Positions 46,949 through 55,800 of a stretch of 64,000 nucleotides of DNA are shown here, one piece after another. Where the stretch lies: positions 76,892 through 140,891 of the forward strand of contig CAWBVQ010000003.1 in NCBI GenBank assembly GCA_963792275.1, read 5' to 3'. The notes under the pieces are model-generated. The model was not told the origin of the DNA, searched no databases, and worked only from the letters and a program-made list of their open reading frames with translations. The translations under genes and the position numbers were made by a program. Numbering within the stretch: position 1 is the first letter of the stretch; each line of letters starts with the position of its first letter. Origin of the DNA: an uncultured delta proteobacterium. GTDB lineage: Bacteria; Myxococcota; Myxococcia; Myxococcales; 40CM-4-68-19.

Positions 46949-48434
46949 AGCGTCCGTCGCTCTGCGCCGCGCGACCTTCGCGGACGAGCTTGTGCAGGTG
47001 CGCGAGCAGGCTGCGCTCGGCGAGCGGGTAGAGGTCCGGGTTGACCTCGGGATAGGCCGAAGGCACGAGCTCGCCCGGCGTTCTCGGGCCGCGGGCCTGT
47101 TGCAGCGCGGCCAGCACCAGCGCCTCCCGTTCCAGGCGGTGCGCGCGATATTCCTGCAGCTTGGATACTCCGCCCGGCACCACCGGGCCGTGCGCGGGAT
47201 AGAGGCAACCGGGCTTCTCGCCGAGGAGCCGGTCGAGCGAGGCGAGATAGTCCTTCATGTCGCCCTCGGGCGGGTCGACGATCACCGTGCCCACTCCGGC
47301 CACCAGGTCGCCCGCGACCACCGCGCCGCTGCCCTCCTCGATCAGGCAGAGGTGCCCGCGGGTGTGGCCGGGCAGGTGCAGCGCGCGCCAGCCGCGGGGG
47401 CCCACCTCGAAGCGCGCGCCGTCCTCGACGAGGCGATCGACTGCGAAGTCCAACCGCTCGGCGGTCTCGCGCGTCGCCGCGATGGGAAGGCCGAGCACGG
47501 TTGCGCCGCCGGTGTGATCCAGGTGGTGGTGCGTGAGCAGGACGCCCACCGCCTTGCGGCCTTCCTCCGCCAGCTTGTCCAGCGTCTCGCGCAGCACCGC
47601 CTGCTCCTCCGGCCAGGGCGAGCCCGGGTCCACCACCCACAGCTCCTCGTCGCCGAGCAGGAGGCAGTTGGTGTGGGTCGCCGGCGGCAGCGTGGGCGCG
47701 CGCAGCGGCACCATGATCAGCCCGCGCTGGAACTCGATGCGCTCGACGACGTTCTCGCGGATGGGGAGCTTCCAGGGCGCCTTCTCCGGCGCGTTCAAGA
47801 GGGGCAGCGCGTCGCGCGGGTGGCCCTTCGCCCAGGCCAGCGACTTGAGCGTGTGCCACGCGGGCGGGTGCAGGAGCGCCGTCCCTGCTTCCCAGCGCCG
47901 CAGCGCCTCCTCCGGCTCTATCCATTCGCCGTCGGCCAGCTCGCCCGGCCAGATCTCGGCGACTTCTCCGGGCGGCAGGTCGAGCAGGTAGAAGCGCGCA
48001 TCGAAGCGGATGGGCAGCGCCGGAGGCGTGACCCAGCGCCCGGCCGGCGAGAACCAGCGCGCGTCCAGGCGGAGCCCGTGCCGCGCGAGGAAATCGCCGA
48101 ACGAGGCCGCCTTCTCTCCCGGCGCCGGCCGGCGCAGCAGCGCCTCGCGCATCTCCTTGCGCTCCGCCGGCGAGATCTTCTGCGCTCCGGGAACGGCGAG
48201 GACGCCGGCCTCCTCGAAGAGCTCGCGCGCCGCCGCCACCACGCAGGGCGCTTCCGCCGCCCCCAGCGACTCGCCGCCGTCGAGCGGCACGCCGGAGTCG
48301 GCCACGTCCACCCGGCCGCCGGGAAACGCGTAGAACCCGCCGGCGAACTTGAGCTGCTCGCCGCGGCGGACCCAGAGCACCTCTCCGCCTTCGCGGACGA
48401 GCACCACGGAAGCAGCCGGCCGTACGCTCGCCAA
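46920..48434 (-). CDS. NUDIX hydrolase - MBL-fold hydrolase fusion protein (504 aa)
   Basis: The N-terminus has SVVLVREGGEVLWVRR...FAGGFYAFPGGRVD...AAARELFEEAGV (Nudix box with an extended spacer). The C-terminus has NCLLLGDEELWVVDPG, LLTHHHLDHTGG, LHLPGHTRGH and YPAHGP (MBL). Intact. The last 29 nt overlap the convergent FadL gene. Confidence 0.8.
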   Translation of the reverse strand: MASVRPAASVVLVREGGEVLWVRRGEQLKFAGGFYAFPGGRVDVADSGVPLDGGESLGAAEAPCVVAAARELFEEAGVLAVPGAQKISPAERKEMREALLRRPAPGEKAASFGDFLARHGLRLDARWFSPAGRWVTPPALPIRFDARFYLLDLPPGEVAEIWPGELADGEWIEPEEALRRWEAGTALLHPPAWHTLKSLAWAKGHPRDALPLLNAPEKAPWKLPIRENVVERIEFQRGLIMVPLRAPTLPPATHTNCLLLGDEELWVVDPGSPWPEEQAVLRETLDKLAEEGRKAVGVLLTHHHLDHTGGATVLGLPIAATRETAERLDFAVDRLVEDGARFEVGPRGWRALHLPGHTRGHLCLIEEGSGAVVAGDLVAGVGTVIVDPPEGDMKDYLASLDRLLGEKPGCLYPAHGPVVPGGVSKLQEYRAHRLEREALVLAALQQARGPRTPGELVPSAYPEVNPDLYPLAERSLLAHLHKLVREGRAAQSDGRFSAGAAASR

Positions 48435-48484
48435 GTCGTCCCTCTCCCTTGCGCGAAACTGGATGATCCCTTACACCCGCCCCG

Positions 48485-49162
48485 ATGTTCTACCTCGCGC
48501 CGCATCCCAAGCTCGACCGCCCGCGCCGCGGCAGCCCGGTGATGTTCACCGTCCCCTGGGTGGACAAGTACTTCTCGCGCGTCCGGCCCTGGCACGTGGT
48601 GGGCATCTGGGGACCGTTCACGCTCTATATGCTCTGGCGCGCCGGGCAGTCGATGGGCCCCGCCGCCATCGCCGGCTGGGCCGCCCTGGGCGTGTTCTTC
48701 TGGACCCTGCTCGAGTACCTGCTCCACCGCTACGTCTTCCACTTCAAGCCCGACTCGCGCTCGGAACTGCAGCGCGACGCGTCCTGGCTCATCCACGGCA
48801 TCCACCACGACTATCCCTGGGACCGCGACCGGCTGGTGATGCCGCCCACGGTCACCGCCATCATCGCGGTGGTGGTCTGGTTCGGATTCCGTTGGCTCGG
48901 CGGCGCCGAGCACGCCTGGTTCGCCGGTCTCGTCGGCGGCTACGTCTGGTACGACCTGACGCACTACTACCTGCATCACGCGGCGCCGACCACGCAGATG
49001 GGCAAGTGGCTGCGGCGCTACCACCTCGTGCATCACTTCCAGACGCCCGACGTCCGCTACGGCATCACCACCCCGCTCTGGGATTTCGTCTTCCGCACCT
49101 ACCCGAAGGACCGCTACCAGGGGCTGCCGGACGACGAGTCGCGCCTCGAAGCGGGAACCTGA
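48485..49162 (+). CDS. Fatty acid hydroxylase/sterol desaturase-family membrane protein (FA 2-hydroxylase-like)
   Basis: The histidine boxes LEYLLHRYVFH, HGIHHDYPWD and HYYLHHAAP...YHLVHHF sit within 4 TM spans. Intact, 225 aa. Confidence 0.8.
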   Translation: MFYLAPHPKLDRPRRGSPVMFTVPWVDKYFSRVRPWHVVGIWGPFTLYMLWRAGQSMGPAAIAGWAALGVFFWTLLEYLLHRYVFHFKPDSRSELQRDASWLIHGIHHDYPWDRDRLVMPPTVTAIIAVVVWFGFRWLGGAEHAWFAGLVGGYVWYDLTHYYLHHAAPTTQMGKWLRRYHLVHHFQTPDVRYGITTPLWDFVFRTYPKDRYQGLPDDESRLEAGT

Positions 49163-49229
49163 GACCCCTGTTCCGGGTGCCTCGCCGGGCAGGACCCGCT
49201 CGCCTGCCGCTCTCGTCCAGGGTGTCCTC

Positions 49230-50481
49230 GTGACGATGCACATCCGCGATCCCATCCACGGCGCCATCGCCATCACGGCGGACGAGCGGGCGCTGGTGGA
49301 CAGCCCGCAGTACCAGAGGCTGCGCAACGTGAAGCAGCTGGGGTTCGCGGACCTGGCCTTTCCCGGCGCCACCCACACCCGCTACGCGCACGGCCTCGGC
49401 GCCATGTCCATGGCCACCCGGGTGTTCGACGCGCTCGCGCCGCAGCTCGAGCTGGATGCGGACGACCGCGACCGCTTCCGCCAGACGCTGCGCCTCGCCG
49501 TCCTCTTCCACGACCTCGGGCACGCGCCGCTCTCGCACGCGACCGAAGGCATCATGCCGCGCTTCGCGGACCTGGGCGTTCCTTCCTGGGTGCGCGAGCC
49601 CGCGGAACGCCGCGCCGACCATGAGGACTACACGCTCAAGCTGGTGCTCGACTCCGGTCTGTCCGCGGAGATTCGCCGCCGCTTCTCCGGCCGCGGCATC
49701 GAGCCCGCGCACGTGGCGGGGCTGATCAGCGGCAAGGCGCCGCCGGGGCCGGATCCGTACCGGAGCCGCGGCCGCGACCTCTTGCCGGTGCTGCGCCAGG
49801 TGGTGTCGGGCGAGCTGGACGCGGACCGGATGGACTACCTGCAGCGCGACTCGTTCTTCACCGGCGTGAACTACGGGAAGTTCGATGCCGACTGGATCGT
49901 GCAGAACCTGGTGCCGGTGGAGCGCGAGGGCCGGGTCTGGCTGGGCCTGCTCCACCGCGCGGTGTTCGCGTTCGAGGACTTCCTGCTCTCGCGCTACCAC
50001 ATGTTCCTCTCCGTCTACTTCCACTCCACCTCGGTGGGCTACGAGGTCCTGCTCCAGCGCTGGGCGGAGAGCGGCGAGTACGCGCTGCCCGCCGACGTGG
50101 ACGCCTACCTGCTGCACGACGACGTGTCGCTCCTCTGCGCGCTGCGCGCCTCGCGGGATCCGTGGGCGCGCAGGGTGGTGCGCCGGCAGGGCTATCGCGT
50201 GCTGATGGAGAACGCGCCGGGAGAGGGCGCGCAGGAGCTGGAAGCGATGCACGCGCAAGCTGGAGGCGGCAGGGGTGGATTCCTTCGTCACCGTCAGCCG
50301 CGGCGTGCTCTCGCGCTACGGGAAGGACGCCACCCTCTGGGTGAGGACGCCGCGAGGCGAGGTGCCCATCGGCGCGTACACGCCGCTCTACGAGCGCTAC
50401 GCGCAGGCCGCCACGCTGGCCCGCCTCTACGTCGAGCCGGAGAGGTGGGACGAGGCCCGCCGCTTCCTCACAGGAACGTGA
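49230..50481 (+). pseudogene. HD-domain phosphohydrolase, dNTP triphosphohydrolase/SAMHD1-like (COG1078 type); frame break near 50255
   Basis: IRDPIHGAIAIT..., FQRLRNVKQLGFADLAFPGATHTRYAHGLG, LAVLFHDLGHAPLSHATE, GELDADRMDYLQRDSFFTGVNYGKFD. After the shift it reads KLEAAGVDSFVTVSRGVLSRYGKD...LYVEPERWDEARRFLTGT*. The start is GTG 49230 or ATG 49236. Confidence 0.8.
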
Positions 50482-50529
50482 CCTGCGTACATGCGGGGCT
50501 GGCGCGCTGCGTGCTAGTCTCGACGGCCC

Positions 50530-52023
50530 GTGGCGAAGCTGCAGCAGAGAGTCGAGAAGCTCGGCGGCATTCTCGACGTGGCCAAGGCGCTCGTCGCGGA
50601 GCGCGATCTCGATCGGCTGCTCAAGCTCATCGTCGACGCCGCGCAGAGGGTGGTGGAAGCCGACCGCTGCTCGCTCTTCCTCGTCGACCACGAGCGCGGC
50701 GAGCTCTGGACCAAGGTGGCGCAGGGCCTGGGGGTGAAGGAGATCCGCATCCCCATGAACCGCGGCATCGCCGGCGCGGTGGCGAGCACCGACAAGGTCA
50801 TCAACATCCCCGACGCGTACAAGGACCCGCGCTTCAACAAGAACGTCGACAAGCAGACCGGCTACCGCACCCGGACCATTCTCTGCGTGCCCATGCGCTC
50901 GGTGGAGGGCGAGGTGGTGGGCGTGCTGCAGGCGCTCAACAAGCTCGACGACAACCCCTTCACCGCCGAGGACGAGGAGCTGCTCTCCGCGCTCGGCGGC
51001 CAGGCGGCGGCGGCGGTCAACAACGCGCTCCTGCACAACGAGATCGAGCAGCTCTTCGAAGGCTTCGTGCGCGCCAGCGTGGTGGCCATCGAGTCGCGCG
51101 ATCCCACCACCGCCGGCCACTCCGGCCGCGTGGCCAGCCTCTCGGTGGGCCTCGGCGACATGCTCCCGCGCGCCGGCTCGGTCGCGGGCCGCTGGAAGGG
51201 CGCGGCGCTCTCCACGCAGGAGCGGCAGGAGCTTCGCTACGCCGCGCTCCTCCACGACTTCGGCAAGGTGGGCGTGCGCGAGAACGTGCTGGTCAAGGCC
51301 AACAAGCTGGAGCCGCTGGAGCTGGAGAACCTGCGCGGCCGCTTCGAGACCATCTTCGTGCAGGAGGAGCTGCAGGCCGAGCGGCAGAAGGTGGAGCTGC
51401 TCCTGCGCCGCCCCGACGTGGCCCGCCAGCGCATCGGCGAGATCGACCGCAAGCTGGAGGCGCGCAGGCGCGAGCTCTCCGGCATGTTCGAGTTCGTCGT
51501 CTCCTGCAACCGCCCCACCATCCTGCCGGAAGGGACCTTCGACCGGCTGCACGAGATCGCCAAGGCCAGCTACGTGGGCCCCTTCAGCGCGGAGAAGCGG
51601 CCCTACCTGGTCGAGCACGAGGTGACCAAGCTCTCCATCCGCAAGGGCTCGCTCACCGAGGACGAGCGGCGCGAGATCGAATCGCACGTCACGCACACCT
51701 ACCGCTTCCTCTCGCAGATCCCCTGGACGCGGACGCTGAAGCGGGTGCCGGACATCGCCTACGGCCACCACGAGAAGCTCACCGGAACCGGTTACCCGCG
51801 GTCCCTGCGGGAGACGCAGATCGCGCTCCCCACGCGGATGATGACCATCAGCGACATCTACGATGCGCTCACCGCCAGCGACCGGCCCTACAAGCGGGCG
51901 GTGCCGAAGGAAAAGGCCTACGACATCCTGCTCGACGAGGCCCGCCGCGGCGAGGTGGACCGGGACCTGCTGCGCGTCTTCATCGAGGCCGACGTCCCCG
52001 CCAAGGCCCCGCAGGAACCGTAG
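50530..52023 (+). CDS. GAF domain - HD-GYP phosphohydrolase with a ~110-aa insertion splitting the HD-GYP domain
   Basis: GAF: DRCSLFLVDHERGELWTKVAQG...GIAGAVASTDKVINIPDAYKDPRFN...ILCVPM. HD-GYP: AGHSGRVASLS...ALLHDFGKVGVRENVLVKANKL, then [insertion EPLELENLRGRFE...KLSIRKGS], then LTEDERREIESHVTHTYRFL...IAYGHHEKLTGTGYPRSL...ISDIYDALTASDRPYK. Intact. Confidence 0.8.
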   Translation: MAKLQQRVEKLGGILDVAKALVAERDLDRLLKLIVDAAQRVVEADRCSLFLVDHERGELWTKVAQGLGVKEIRIPMNRGIAGAVASTDKVINIPDAYKDPRFNKNVDKQTGYRTRTILCVPMRSVEGEVVGVLQALNKLDDNPFTAEDEELLSALGGQAAAAVNNALLHNEIEQLFEGFVRASVVAIESRDPTTAGHSGRVASLSVGLGDMLPRAGSVAGRWKGAALSTQERQELRYAALLHDFGKVGVRENVLVKANKLEPLELENLRGRFETIFVQEELQAERQKVELLLRRPDVARQRIGEIDRKLEARRRELSGMFEFVVSCNRPTILPEGTFDRLHEIAKASYVGPFSAEKRPYLVEHEVTKLSIRKGSLTEDERREIESHVTHTYRFLSQIPWTRTLKRVPDIAYGHHEKLTGTGYPRSLRETQIALPTRMMTISDIYDALTASDRPYKRAVPKEKAYDILLDEARRGEVDRDLLRVFIEADVPAKAPQEP

Positions 52024-52032
52024 CCCGCGAAG

Positions 52033-53652
52033 TCAGCGCGAGGCTTGCTTGCGCGCGGCCTCGAATTCGTCGCCCGGGGTCCAGGTGGGGAGGCGCGGAG
52101 CGTTGGCGATGCGCAGCCCGACCGCGAGCTGAAGCTGGGCGTCCTGCACGTCGCCCGAGAGATCCCAGTCGCCGTGGTACTCGTCGGAGGGCTGGTGGTA
52201 GTGGTGGCGCTCGTAGTCCAGCGCCTGCTCGTCGCCCCAGCCCTTCGGCCTGCCCGCGTAGTCGGGCCCGCCCTTGACCGCCACCGGCGGAACGCCCACG
52301 TGCGCCATCGAGAACATGTCCGAGCGGTAGAAGGAGCCGCGGTCGGGATGCGGGTCGCCGTGCACCGCGCGTCCCTGCTCGGCGGCCACCTTGCGAATCA
52401 CCTCGTCGGCGGTGGACTTGCCCAGCCCGGTCACCCCCAGGTCGGTGGTCTTTCCCCACTTGTTGACGCTGTCCAGGTTGATGTCCGCGGCAATCCGATT
52501 GGCCGGAACGGGCGGGTGCTGCGCGAGCCACTTGGAGCCGAGCAACCCCTGCTCCTCGGCGGTGACGAAGGCGACGATGATCGATCGCCTGGGCGGCGCG
52601 AAGGTGGCCGCGTGCGCGATCGCCAGCACGGTGGCGCAGCCGGAGGCGTTGTCGAGCGCGCCGTTGTAGATGCCGTCGGTGGTGCCGGGCGCCGGAGGGG
52701 CCTTGCCCAGGTGATCGTGGTGCGCGGTGTAGAGCACCGCTTCCTGCGCGAGCGTCTTGTCGGTGCCGGGCAGGATGCCGATGACGTTGGCGCTGCGGAT
52801 GGTGCGCTGTTCGATGGGCATGTCGAGCGCGAGGGTCGCGCCCATGGGTCGGGGCTTGAAATCCTTCGACTCCGCCGCCTTGCGCAGCGCCTCCAGATCG
52901 CCTCCGCCGAGCTGCGCGAGCTTCACCGCGGCGTCGTTGGTGATCCACCCCTGGAACTGCATGGTGCGCGGCTCGGCGTCGCTGGGCGGCAGGTCCTGGT
53001 GCGTGCCGGTGGCGGAGTTGGCGAGCACCTGCCAGGGATAGCCGGCGCTGGGAGTGGTGTGGATGACCAGGGCGCCCGCAGCGCCGTGCCTGGCGGCGTT
53101 GATGTACTTGTAGTCCCAGCGGCCGTACCAGAGCCGCACGCCCTCGCCCTTGAAGGGCGGGTTGAAGTTCATCAGCACCACCACCTTGCCCTTCACGTCC
53201 ACGTCCTTGTAGTCGTCCCAGCCGTACTCCGGCGCGGTGATGCCGTAGCCGACGAAGACCACCTCCGCGTCCTTGACCACGGCGTGGTCGAGGTGCGCGT
53301 TGGGCTCGAAGATCAAATCGGCGTTGGAGCCGCCGCCGGTGTGCAGCGTCAGCGTCTTGCCCGAAGCGCTGAACGTCACGTCCCTGGGGACCTGGGCGTG
53401 CAACTCCACCAGCGGGACCGCCTGGAGGAAGGTGCCGTTGTCCCCTCCGGGCTTGTACCCGTACGCCTCCAGCTGCGAGGCCAGGTACTTGATGGCCAGC
53501 TCGTCGCCGGGCTGCCCCGGCTTGCGGCCTTCCAGCTGATCGTCGGAGAGGAAGCGGATGTGGGCGGAGATCTCCGCCGCGGTGATGTGGCTCTGGGCGA
53601 TGCGCTCTGGAGACGCCGCGGCCGCGGCGAGGAGGGCGAGGGTCAGGATCAT
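52033..53652 (-). CDS. M28-family aminopeptidase with a PA domain, secreted
   Basis: Signal peptide MILTLALLAAAAA. PA insert: VVFVGYGITAPEYGWDDYKDVDVKGKVVVLM. M28 motifs: VLYTAHHDHLG, GALDNASGCATVLAIA, FVTAEEQGLLGS, DPHPDRGSFYRSDMFSMAHVGVP. Intact. Confidence 0.85.
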   Translation of the reverse strand: MILTLALLAAAAASPERIAQSHITAAEISAHIRFLSDDQLEGRKPGQPGDELAIKYLASQLEAYGYKPGGDNGTFLQAVPLVELHAQVPRDVTFSASGKTLTLHTGGGSNADLIFEPNAHLDHAVVKDAEVVFVGYGITAPEYGWDDYKDVDVKGKVVVLMNFNPPFKGEGVRLWYGRWDYKYINAARHGAAGALVIHTTPSAGYPWQVLANSATGTHQDLPPSDAEPRTMQFQGWITNDAAVKLAQLGGGDLEALRKAAESKDFKPRPMGATLALDMPIEQRTIRSANVIGILPGTDKTLAQEAVLYTAHHDHLGKAPPAPGTTDGIYNGALDNASGCATVLAIAHAATFAPPRRSIIVAFVTAEEQGLLGSKWLAQHPPVPANRIAADINLDSVNKWGKTTDLGVTGLGKSTADEVIRKVAAEQGRAVHGDPHPDRGSFYRSDMFSMAHVGVPPVAVKGGPDYAGRPKGWGDEQALDYERHHYHQPSDEYHGDWDLSGDVQDAQLQLAVGLRIANAPRLPTWTPGDEFEAARKQASR

Positions 53653-53664
53653 GGGTCAGGTCTG

Positions 53665-54528
53665 CTACCCCGGCTCGGGCCCGGTTGCAACGGGCCGCGC
53701 ATCGTCCTCGATCCAGCCGCTGAAGGATCCGACGTAGAGCCGGGCCGGCTTGCCGCCCGCAAGCTCGATGGCAAGCGCGTCGTGGCAGGCGGTGACGCCG
53801 CTTCCACAAGACACGATCACGCCGGGGCCGAAGCGCTGGTAGATCCGCGCCAGCTCGGCGGGGGGCCGGAAGCGCTGTTCGCTGGTCAGGTTCGAGGAGA
53901 AGGGCACGTTGACCGCGCCGGGAATGTGCCCGGCCTTGCGGTCGAGCGGCTCGACCTCTCCGCGATACCGCTCGGGGGCGCGGGCGTCGAGGACCACGCT
54001 CTTGCGCGACTGCACCTCCTCGACCTCCGCCAGCCGCGAGCGGTCGAGGCGGAGCTCGCGCAAGGGCGCCGGCGGGATCTCCGGCGTCTCTTTGCTCAGG
54101 GGAAGGCCCGCCTCGGTCCAGGCGCGCATCCCGCCGTCGAGCACCGAGGCGCGCTGGTGCCCGAACGCGCGGAGCATGAACCAGAGCCGCGCCGCCACCG
54201 AGGAATGGCCCTCGTCGTAGACCACCACGTGCGTCTGCGGGCCGATGCCCAGCCGCGAGAGCACCTGTGCGAACCGGGCCGCGCTCGGGAAGGGATGGCG
54301 GCCGGGGCCGCCCGGCGAGGAGAGGTCGCGGTCCAGGTCCACGAAGACCGCCCCGGGCAGATGGCCCTCTTCGTACTTGCGCAGCGCCGCGGGCGGACCG
54401 GCATTGGCGAGGGCGCCGGTGGCGGGGGCCTTGGAGGGCGACCAGCGCAGATCGACGAGGCGTACGTCGGGGTGGGCCTGCACCCACCCCGGATCCACGA
54501 TGAGGGGGAAGTCCGACATGCGGATCAT
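53665..54528 (-). CDS. sseA: Two-domain rhodanese, 3-mercaptopyruvate/thiosulfate sulfurtransferase
   Basis: GHLPGAVFVDLD, VVVYDEG, GHIPGAVNVPF and the active-site loop SCGSGVTACH (the CG[ST]GVTA type of 3-MST). ATG 54528; ATG 54519 is an alternative. Confidence 0.85.
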   Translation of the reverse strand: MIRMSDFPLIVDPGWVQAHPDVRLVDLRWSPSKAPATGALANAGPPAALRKYEEGHLPGAVFVDLDRDLSSPGGPGRHPFPSAARFAQVLSRLGIGPQTHVVVYDEGHSSVAARLWFMLRAFGHQRASVLDGGMRAWTEAGLPLSKETPEIPPAPLRELRLDRSRLAEVEEVQSRKSVVLDARAPERYRGEVEPLDRKAGHIPGAVNVPFSSNLTSEQRFRPPAELARIYQRFGPGVIVSCGSGVTACHDALAIELAGGKPARLYVGSFSGWIEDDARPVATGPEPG

Positions 54529-54606
54529 CTTGCACTGTCCCGGTCCGGCAGGCGATGACTGGATGGGGACCAGCGGGGTAAAAATCCAGGCGGGGAACGG
54601 AGCGGA

Positions 54607-55800
54607 GTGGAAATGTCGGAAGTCGAACGCCTGCTCGTCGTCGACGACGAGGCGCCCATCCTGCACGCGCTTCAGCGCACCTTCGAGGCCGCGGGCTACG
54701 AGGTCTGCGCCTGCGCGGACCCGGCCGAGGCCTTGGACCGCCTGCGCGAGAAGCCGTACCAGGTGCTCTCCGCCGACTACATGATGCCGGGCATGACCGG
54801 CGCCGAGTTCCTGGCGCAGGCCCGCCTGCTGCAGCCGGAGACCGTCCGCATCCTCCTCACCGCGGCGCACGATTTCTCCGCCGCGGTGGACGCCATCAAC
54901 AACGGCGAGATCTTCCGCATCCTGGCCAAGCCGTGGAACCGCGTCGAGCTGCTCGGCACCGTGCGGCAGGCGTTCGACACCTACGCGCTGCGCGAGAAGA
55001 ACCGCCAGCTCACCGCCATCGTCCAGTCGCAGAACGCCGAGCTCGCCTCGCTCAACAAGGGCCTCGAGCGGCTGGTGGAGCAGCGCACCACCAACCTGCT
55101 CGACGGCATGGTGGCGGTGCTCGACTACCGCGACACCGAGACGCAGTGGCATTCGCGGCGCGTCTCCCGCTTCACCCGCCGCATCGCCGAACAGCTCGGC
55201 ATCCGCGACGCGCACGAGCTGCGCACCATCGAGATGGGCGCGCTCCTGCACGACATCGGCAAGATCGGCGTTCGCGACGCGGTGCTGCTCAAGCCCGGGC
55301 CCCTGGACCAGGACGAATGGGTGGAGATGCGGGAGCACCCGCGGCTGGGCTGGGCGCTGCTCCAGCGCATCGAGTTCCTCCGCGACGCCAGCGTGATCGT
55401 GCTGCAGCACCAGGAGCGCTACGACGGCCGCGGCTATCCTGCCGGCTTGCGGGGCGAGCAGATCGTCATCGGCGCGCGGCTCTTCGCGGTGGCGGACACC
55501 TACGACGCCATCACCTCCGACCGCCCCTATCGCAAGGCGCAGTCGCACGACGCCGCCATCGCCGAGATGCGGCGCGTCTCCGGCACGCAGCTCGATCCGT
55601 CGGCGGTGACCGCCTTCTGCGCCTTGCCCGAAGACGAGTGGGTGGCCATCCGCAGGGACGTGGAGAAGATCTCGCTCCTGGAACAGGAGTGGGGCTGGAC
55701 CCCGCCCAAGCGCGTCTTCGAGCAGATCTTCGAGGCGGCCTCGCGGCAGAAGCAGTCCACCTCGCAGCCGCCCGCCGCCCTGGCCTCAGGGAGCAAGTAG
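54607..55800 (+). CDS. Response regulator (REC) - HD-GYP phosphohydrolase (RpfG-like)
   Basis: REC: RLLVVDDEAPIL...VLSADYMMPGMTGAEFL...ILLTA...AKPW. HD-GYP: HSRRVSRFTRRIA...GALLHDIGKIGVRDAVLLKPGPL...MREHP...VLQHQERYDGRGYPAGL...VADTYDAITSDRPYR. Start at GTG 54607 or ATG 54613. Confidence 0.85.
   Translation: MEMSEVERLLVVDDEAPILHALQRTFEAAGYEVCACADPAEALDRLREKPYQVLSADYMMPGMTGAEFLAQARLLQPETVRILLTAAHDFSAAVDAINNGEIFRILAKPWNRVELLGTVRQAFDTYALREKNRQLTAIVQSQNAELASLNKGLERLVEQRTTNLLDGMVAVLDYRDTETQWHSRRVSRFTRRIAEQLGIRDAHELRTIEMGALLHDIGKIGVRDAVLLKPGPLDQDEWVEMREHPRLGWALLQRIEFLRDASVIVLQHQERYDGRGYPAGLRGEQIVIGARLFAVADTYDAITSDRPYRKAQSHDAAIAEMRRVSGTQLDPSAVTAFCALPEDEWVAIRRDVEKISLLEQEWGWTPPKRVFEQIFEAASRQKQSTSQPPAALASGSK

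Noticed and set aside
49230-52277. A 1015-aa ORF spanning the HD gene and running out of frame over the GAF-HD-GYP gene
   Set aside because: After about 50255 the translation becomes Arg/Gly-rich nonsense. The real HD C-terminus is in another frame (to 50481), and the GAF-HD-GYP protein is read in its own frame from 50530.
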